Shown piece after piece: positions 57,501 through 64,000 of a stretch of 64,000 bases of DNA. The position numbers and the translations under genes were made by a program. The notes beneath the pieces were generated by a model. The model had not been told where the DNA came from. It saw nothing but the letters and a program-made list of their open reading frames with translations, and did not search any database. Source of the stretch: Cyanophora paradoxa CCMP329 (lineage: Eukaryota; Plantae; Glaucophyta); assembly GCA_004431415.1 (NCBI GenBank), contig QPMI01000040.1, forward strand, positions 372,001 to 436,000, read 5' to 3'. The stretch's first letter is position 1. Each line of letters begins with the position of its first letter.

Positions 57501-60500
57501 TTGCGATGGGGTCTGCGGGATACGAATTTTCTGCAATCCCCACTCCTGGCTACGGGTTTCGCATCGGCGGTGCGCCTCATGAATGTCGCGCGAGTGCGGT
57601 GCTCGAGCTCGTAGTTATCCAGACTGAGGTTTGTTTGGTGTGCAGGAAAGCACCTCACCGAAATCGATGGCCTGCCCCGCGTTGCCGACGTTGTCGCAAC
57701 CGTGACTGGCGTCCGCACTGCACGCGTCGTCGTCCGGTTCCGCTACAACGGCGGCGTATCCATGACCAGCGCCGCCGCGAGCTGCGGCCCACTTGCGGGC
57801 GGACCGGCGGAGTGGGGCGCGGTGACGGCGGTACAGAGCGGGGCGTGGTCGGCGACGTTCCTCTCGAGCGGCCTGCAGCCGAACACGACGTACGTGTGCT
57901 GGGCGAACGCGACGAACGGGGCGGGAACGTCGGCGAACGTGTGGTCGGGCAACTTCACGACGTATAGTGCGCGGGCTTCGCTTGCTCATGTATATTTGCA
58001 GAGGTTCTGATCTAGGCTGCACAGCCGAAGGCATTCGGATTGATGCGGCGATGCTTGCGACCGCGCCGGCGTCGTTTGGCAGCCGCCGAGACGTCGCGTC
58101 GGCCATCTTCCGTAATGGCTCGAGCGGCTACAAGCTCTTCGTTGCAGGAGGCGGTGATATGGGTGGCTTTCTCTACGATGCAGCTGTCTTGGACATTGGT
58201 AAGATTAAACGTGCATGCTTTGAATACGAATTCCGCTTTATACTGCAGTAGATTCCAACACCTGGACGAAGCTAAGCTGGACCTTCCCGTGGGCGTCGGC
58301 TCTTGCGGCCTGTGCGTGGGACGAGATGGAGACCATCTACTGCGCAGACGACTTGAATTTCTGGAGCTACTCGGCTTCCTCGCTCACCGCCACCACACTC
58401 GACGATGTGCCAGTCGCGATCACGATCAACTGCGCGACCTTCTGGAACAATTCGTTCTGGGTTCGATGTCGTTGTCCTCGTTCGGCCGTCATGATCAGTA
58501 CTACTCGCTGGTCTGACATTTTTCAATGCACATTTAGGTGATGAGCGACGCAACCGCCAACATGTACCGGTGCGGCTGCAACTGTTGTGAAGACGACAAA
58601 TCCAATCGCTGAACGTGAACGTGCCCGCAGTTGGACGCCAAACACCAACTGGATCAAGGAGACCACAGTGGGCATTCCAGCCGGGACCGTCGTGGCTGGG
58701 AGCCCCTGCGTGCGAATCGGTTTGCGAGAGCCGCACTCATGATCATGATCATGATCATTTGTGCTTATCCGTGTAATATTCTGCTAACTGCGTGCTGCAG
58801 GACCGAAGTGGTATGTTGGCTGGGCGGCTGTGCCAGTCGCAGGAACGGCTGCAAAGATCTAGTGCGCTGAACTCCGGATCCGCCTGTGCTGCGCTCCCCT
58901 CTGATCCGCGGCGGGGCCGCGGGCCGGGGGCGCAGCGAGATCGACCTGTCGGTCAGTCCTCGTTCCGGACGCCTCGCCGCATCCATCTCCAATGTTCCGT
59001 TCTACCTGAATCCTATTTTGGGAGCCTGTGGAGACCTGCTCTTGGATGCCACGACAGGCAGACGGCCCTATCTGATAGATCCGAGCAGTGCGTTTCTCAT
59101 GACGTGCTTGGGCTCGTGCGGGCCTTATCTGTTCTGCGCGTTATGCAGCCGGGAATATTGTGGCTTCTTCCTCGACGCACGTCATGACAGGACCAACCGT
59201 GAAGCAAAACCGCGCCGGTTCGGGCTCAAACCCATTCACTTGTGAAACGTGCGCCCTGTTGCAGTTATTTCTTAAACATTTATATTCTATTTCTGAACGG
59301 GAATATGGCAGTTACATTGCGATGGGGCATTCCTACAGCCCTGCTGCACTCCCCGCCCTTGGGTTTGGATCTCGCATCGGCGGTGCGCATTGCGAATCTC
59401 TTGCGCACGCGTACGCGCGCGGTACTCGTGATGTGATGGCTTTCAACATTAAAACTTTTTGAGCAGTTATGTATTCCGGCGATGGCCTGCCTGGCGTTGC
59501 CGACGTCGTCGCAACCGTGACTGGCGTCCTCACTGCGCGCGTCGTCGTCCGGTTCCGCTACAACGGTGGCGTATCCATGACCAGCGCCGCCGCGAGCTGC
59601 GGCCCACTGGCGGGCGGGCCGGCGGAGTGGAGCGCGGTGACGGCGGTGCAGAGCGGGGCGTGGTCTGCGACGTTCCTCGCGAGCGGCCTGCAGCCGAACA
59701 CGACGTACGTGTGCTGGGCGAACGCGACGAACGGGGCGGGAACGTCGGCGAACGTGTGGTCGGGCAACTTCACGACGTATAGTGCGCTTCCTGTGGCCTC
59801 TCGAGCTCGCCGCATCGGCCTAGGCCTCCGCGGCCTTCTCTAGATCTCTAGATTTGATCATGATGTTTCGGCAGTTGGGGGCTACTCGATGGAAACCTCA
59901 AAGCTGGCTACGGGCACGTTTACGGGCCGCGACCAGGCGGGTGGCGTGCTCTACCGGAACACGTCCGGCAGCCAGATCTTCGCTCTCCTGGGTGGGCTTG
60001 GCGGGACGGCGCTGAGTGACATCCAGCTTTTGGATGTGGAGTCGAACAAGTGGAGAACCGCGACCGTGACCCTGCCGTCAGCCGCGGCGTTTCCTGCTTG
60101 CACGTGGGACGAGGCCGACACTATCTACTGCGCCAGTGAGCTTACGAGTATCGCTTTCGTAGGCGCTCTGATGGTAAGCTCATAGACGTGTTCGCAGCGG
60201 GGACGACGTTCTTCAGCTACCCGACGTCCATGACAAACAGGACTTCGCTGCCTACAGTTCCGCTTCCCATCATCAGCCGATGCTCTACGTACTGGAATGG
60301 TTCCATTTGGGTGCTCCGGATCCCTGTTTCGTGCGAAATCAGAGCCCCTGCTTATGTTCACATTCCGATCGTGCAGCTGTTCACCGACGCAGTTGCGAAT
60401 ATGTACCGGTAACCCCCTCGCGCTGCCGTCTTCAAGCATTCGCCAGAACGCGCGCGCCCTTTGCAGGTACACTCCCTCAAACAGCACGAGCGGGACGTGG

Positions 60501-60584
60501 ACGAGAGAAACGACGGCGTCGGGCATTCCTAGCGGAACGATCGTCACGGCGACGGCATGTGCCCGCATCGGTTCTAAGTACTAT
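48509..60584 (+). CDS. Large secreted or surface protein with 7 tandem [FN3 + kelch-like beta-propeller] modules; interrupted by the viral element
   Basis: MKRAGSCRKCRSP|AFAGWALLQLLRVTLIALLALRAPVPAAAQ is a signal peptide. FN3 exons (..GLQPNTTYVCWANATNGAGTS..) start at about 48693, 50461, 52252, 54099, 55884, 57666 and 59481. Each is followed by KLFVAGG..VLDI|DSNSW..ACAWDE.DTIYCA blades split by short introns. The last module stops at CARIGSKYY. Confidence 0.85.
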
Positions 60585-60601
60585 AAAAAAAATGTAAATT
60601 G

Positions 60602-60932
60602 GGCATACTGCCCCACGAAATTATATATGGTAATAAAATCGAATAAACTCTCATTTTTTCATGTTTTCAACAAACATTTCAACAAAACAAACCATTCTCA
60701 GTAACCCAATCACCAATCTCAGTAAATCTCAGTAAGCATCATTTACAAAATTCGATGTTATATCATTGGCATACTGCCCCACGAGATTATATATGGTAAT
60801 AAAATCGAATAAACTTTAAACTTTTCGATATTCCACAAACGTTTCGACAAAAACAAACCATTCACAGTAACCACACAAAACAAAACGTTTAATCTCAGTA
60901 AGCCTCAGTAACAACAATCGATGTTATATCAT
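60602..60932 (+). repeat. Two diverged ~166-bp direct repeats in the viral terminus
   Basis: GGCATACTGCCCCACGA(A/G)ATTATATATGGTAATAAAATCGAATAAACT at 60602 and 60768. Each unit has three C(T/A)CAGTAA motifs and ends CGATGTTATATCAT. Confidence 0.92.
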
Positions 60933-61067
60933 AATCTCGATTAATTATATTTAATCGAAGTTACATCCTTTTTATCCGCCGTGTCTCCCATCAATTTTAA
61001 ACGTAATCGAATTTTACCCGATCCAAAAAATGACGACTGTTTTTAAATTTACCATATCGATCTGTAA

Positions 61068-61361
61068 ATGACAACCATAATACCCGAAGATGTTAAACAA
61101 ATTCTTCAAGATATGCCTTTAATTCCAGATGAGCAACAATTAAGCGAATTGATTGAGAAAACCGCTAATAGCGTTGGTTTAGATGTTAACAAACTTCCAA
61201 GTAAATATAAAACAAATTTTATGAAAGGCTTCGTATCTACCATGGAAACTTTGAACAGACACCAATACTCACAAATATTAGAAAATCGACATGATGTCAA
61301 CCATACACGCTGTAAATTACGTAGGAAATTGATTATGAAAAATGCAATGGACAAAAAATGA
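61068..61361 (+). CDS. Viral hypothetical protein (97 aa)
   Basis: ATG-started intronless ORF with a basic C-terminus, convergent with the ATPase (21-bp gap). Confidence 0.65.
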   Translation: MTTIIPEDVKQILQDMPLIPDEQQLSELIEKTANSVGLDVNKLPSKYKTNFMKGFVSTMETLNRHQYSQILENRHDVNHTRCKLRRKLIMKNAMDKK

Positions 61362-61382
61362 GTTTCAAACATTCCTTGTTAT

Positions 61383-62150
61383 CTAAACTGTTATTGTTGT
61401 GGGTTCATTACTTATTCTTACTGATTCTCTCTTTTTTATCGCTCTGCGCTTCACAAACTTCTTAAAGCCCTTTATATCATCATCTGTTAATATTGCCCGG
61501 TCTGTGTATACTTTTATATCATACCCTTGCAATCCAGTTATGACTGTTTGGTAGTTATAACCCCACAGTCTATGCAATTCCTTGTAGGTCTTTTTATCAA
61601 GACCCCCATTATACTCATCATAAGCGCAGTTAAACTCCTTCTCATTCCCGAGAATATTGAAAAATACTACGAACTCAACATTTCGACGAATCGTAGTAGA
61701 AATTGAGCATAAACGTTGAGTATTAATAATTACTGTAATCGAATAATGACGGGCTGTAGTGATCAATTTAGATAACACAGCCGAATTATGCATATCTAAA
61801 TTGGAACCGATCATATCATCAAGTATAATAACAAGATTGTTGCGTTTTTCATTATTTTCGATTCGTTTCTTTTGCATGCTAATGAGTTTCACTACTACAT
61901 TATCGTCCCATTCCTCATAGATATTATCAGGATGCGTTATATCTCTGAATTGACCTGTAAACGCAGTAGAACTAAATACTACAATCTGATCGATCTTATC
62001 CCTCAGTTCATAAAGTAGATATTTGCAGTAGGTTGTCTTACCAGAATTGCTGCGCCCACATAATAAAAACCGAGTGCTTAATTTAACTGTTCTTGCAGGC
62101 TCAAACTCCGGGATGTCATTCAAATCAATATCCATTCCTGTGTTATCCAT
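61383..62150 (-). CDS. A32-like (FtsK/HerA) DNA-packaging ATPase
   Basis: Walker A CGRSNSGKT, Walker B LVIILDD, and ARHYSITVIINTQ...IRRN family motifs; 255 aa. Confidence 0.93.
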   Translation of the reverse strand: MDNTGMDIDLNDIPEFEPARTVKLSTRFLLCGRSNSGKTTYCKYLLYELRDKIDQIVVFSSTAFTGQFRDITHPDNIYEEWDDNVVVKLISMQKKRIENNEKRNNLVIILDDMIGSNLDMHNSAVLSKLITTARHYSITVIINTQRLCSISTTIRRNVEFVVFFNILGNEKEFNCAYDEYNGGLDKKTYKELHRLWGYNYQTVITGLQGYDIKVYTDRAILTDDDIKGFKKFVKRRAIKKRESVRISNEPTTITV

Positions 62151-62259
62151 TACAGTAATAAGATAAAAAACAAAATAAATTACTCAGCGCATGCAAGGCA
62201 TGCTTGTCATGCCGACCCTACTAATTTTGAGCTTTCTACTATAACGAAAGAAAAGAACT

Positions 62260-63486
62260 TTAGAAGTTCGAGACTTTCAGGGTAGAGATGTTGTAGCCAT
62301 TGAGGACCATAACATTGTGTCGTAGGGCATAGATATCAACCTGAACAGGAGCAGCATCAGTGCATCCCGAAACAGTGAGATCCATGTAACTGGAACTGCT
62401 GTTGAAGAAATCCTGGTAACCCATAACACTGTTCCGAAGCGAATCTTTTCCAGATTTGGAAAGAACGATTCCGTAAATATTTCCATTCTCGAATCCATAA
62501 GTAGTATTGCCAACAGTAACACCCTTGTAATGAGAAGGAATGTGATTGATAGCCGAGAGGAAACCGGAAATGGGTTTGTTAGAGATATCAAGGGAGCGAT
62601 TGTTGTGGAAGATCTGGAACTGATCGATCTTAACATCCGAAACATGACCACAGAAATCCGAGTGAGTGTAGGTGTTAAGTTTGTTCACCTCTCGAACTGT
62701 CATGAGAATCGAATGAACCAGACCAGAAACATTAGCGAGTGTCACCTCAACCGATTCACCAGCATCAGCGGTTTTAAGCGCTCGTGTCTTCTTGTGGATG
62801 ACCTCTGTGATCGGAATGCGAATGCCACCTTGTTCATTTGCCATTTTCAAAAGTGTCTCAGCCTCAGCCGAAGCGATGTTTACAAATTGACAGATCAGGG
62901 AGCAATCCGCAAATGTAACAGATCCACCAGCAGGAACTTTGACTATCCCAGCATCACGGAAATCAACCTCAATTGTTGGCATATCCGCCAGTGTGCATAG
63001 TGGGAAGTAAGCATCATCCCAGAAAGCAGCGGGGATTTTAACAATGTATTCCATAGCCTCATCAGTGCTTTCACGATCAAGTTCTTTGAAGTAACCAAGA
63101 GAAGCATACATGCTGCTCATGGTAGCATGATCATTATCAATCAGAGCGTTAACAGTAATCCAGTCACCAGGGATGATATACTTGAAACCACCATGAACAA
63201 AGCGAACCTCATTAATAAAGGAAGAACCACCATTAGGGAGGGTGCAGGCTACACCACCACCAGTGGCAATCTTGAAATAGAGCGAAACACCAGCAAGGAG
63301 TTGCTTACGAGGCAGATCAAAGTAAGCGGTATTCTTAAAGCCAAAAGTATTGCCTCGGGGGCGAACTTGCTCGAGGAATGGTTTGTACTTGGGGTTGGTT
63401 CCGATTTGGAGACCAGGGGATAGATAAATTTGATCGGAACCGGGAGTTACGAGGAGTTCCTTAAGGGTAGTTCCAGTGAGTGCCAT
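62260..63486 (-). CDS. Major capsid protein (double jelly-roll)
   Basis: 408 aa and beta-rich. FGFKNTAYFDLPRKQLLAGVSLYF, FINEVRFVHGG, YFPLCTL..IEVDFRD and DIYALRHNVMVL parallel the NCLDV/PLV MCP blocks. It lies between the ATPase and the penton. Confidence 0.85.
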   Translation of the reverse strand: MALTGTTLKELLVTPGSDQIYLSPGLQIGTNPKYKPFLEQVRPRGNTFGFKNTAYFDLPRKQLLAGVSLYFKIATGGGVACTLPNGGSSFINEVRFVHGGFKYIIPGDWITVNALIDNDHATMSSMYASLGYFKELDRESTDEAMEYIVKIPAAFWDDAYFPLCTLADMPTIEVDFRDAGIVKVPAGGSVTFADCSLICQFVNIASAEAETLLKMANEQGGIRIPITEVIHKKTRALKTADAGESVEVTLANVSGLVHSILMTVREVNKLNTYTHSDFCGHVSDVKIDQFQIFHNNRSLDISNKPISGFLSAINHIPSHYKGVTVGNTTYGFENGNIYGIVLSKSGKDSLRNSVMGYQDFFNSSSSYMDLTVSGCTDAAPVQVDIYALRHNVMVLNGYNISTLKVSNF

Positions 63487-63538
63487 CTCTTATGTTTAAA
63501 ATACCAAAAGAAATTTTTAAAATGCTTTATTAAACAGA
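63487..63538. promoter_or_regulatory. Putative bidirectional promoter between MCP and penton
   Basis: 52-bp AT-rich gap between two divergent ATGs. Confidence 0.5.
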
Positions 63539-64000
63539 ATGACGCGTCATTACCTTAATATTGATTCCAGGGACCGAGATGATGGAACCCCAACGAACTT
63601 CACTTACAAAATTCCCCATGCAATCCAAAATGTGAGAGCCTGCAGAGTGACTAACTTTGAGATGTTCAATAACATTTACAATCTTAGCGAGAATGGAAGT
63701 TTGATAACAGGAACCTATGATGCTGGAGATGTAATTAAGACCAAGAGTAACACTATTTCGAAAGGGACATATACTTCGGATAGTTTGGTGAATCTTCTAA
63801 ATGCCAAACTAGCTTCACAAGTGTACGGAGCAGCGGGAACTACATATACTCGCCATTTCTACGTTACATATGATCCTGTTACCATGTTTCTACGGTTCAT
63901 GTGCGATGCAACATTTACCCTCACCTTTGGAAGTCGGATCTTAGCGAACTTCCTTGGTTTCCCAGATCGCAGACCTGACAGTTCTGAAAATGGATACGCT
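63539..64000 (+). CDS. Minor capsid protein (penton), 3'-truncated; absent from the ORF track
   Basis: My translation is MTRHYLNIDSRDRDDGTPTNFTYKIPHAIQNVRACRVTNFEMFNNIYNL...ISKGTYTSDSLVNLLN...LANFLGF, open to the window end. IDSRDR, GxY and LGF are typical penton motifs. Confidence 0.85.
   Translation, partial: MTRHYLNIDSRDRDDGTPTNFTYKIPHAIQNVRACRVTNFEMFNNIYNLSENGSLITGTYDAGDVIKTKSNTISKGTYTSDSLVNLLNAKLASQVYGAAGTTYTRHFYVTYDPVTMFLRFMCDATFTLTFGSRILANFLGFPDRRPDSSENGYA

Larger units (their letters stand above)
60585..64000. mobile_element. Endogenous dsDNA virus (Polinton-like / NCLDV-like dwarf virus), left end; continues beyond the window
   Basis: Abrupt switch from GC-rich intron-dense DNA to AT-rich, intronless, densely packed genes. 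It encodes an A32 ATPase, a DJR MCP and a penton, and has a repeat-rich terminus. The junction is uncertain by a few bp (60577-60585). Confidence 0.9.

Noticed and set aside
62277-63423. Alternative ORFs overlapping the MCP
   Set aside because: Shadow frames of the 408-aa capsid ORF.

Overview
Eukaryotic nuclear DNA from a GC-rich, intron-dense unicellular eukaryote (short GT-AG introns and many GC-AG introns). A glaucophyte or similar alga is my guess and cannot be shown from the window. From left to right: (1) the 3' part of a multi-exon gene for a vWA-like, multi-pass membrane protein (1-4447, +); (2) a ~10 kb hybrid kinase gene, Ser/Thr kinase-AAA ATPase-GAF-HisKA-HATPase-pseudoREC-REC (8253-18494, -); (3) a nest of DNA-transposon remnants, including two CACAG-ended CMC/EnSpm-type elements with 2-bp TSDs, a TA-flanked MITE, minisatellites and a duplicated 29-bp palindrome (18.5-27.5 kb); (4) a transmembrane class I cyclic-nucleotide phosphodiesterase gene (28169-33334, +), with a 102-nt structured insert flanked by a 16-bp duplication in one intron; (5) a young full-length Ty3/gypsy LTR retrotransposon (33816-42663, -; apparently identical 256-bp LTRs, GAACT TSD) with a candidate -1 frameshift signal after the protease; (6) more TE debris, including a second TA-flanked MITE; (7) a secreted or surface protein gene made of 7 tandem FN3 + kelch-like propeller modules (48509-60584, +); (8) the left end of an AT-rich endogenous dsDNA virus (Polinton-like or NCLDV-like dwarf type) that interrupts that gene mid-exon. 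The virus carries terminal repeats, an A32 packaging ATPase, a double-jelly-roll major capsid protein and a penton that runs off the window. Most long ORFs in the supplied track are GC-rich shadow frames. Exon boundaries were read by eye.
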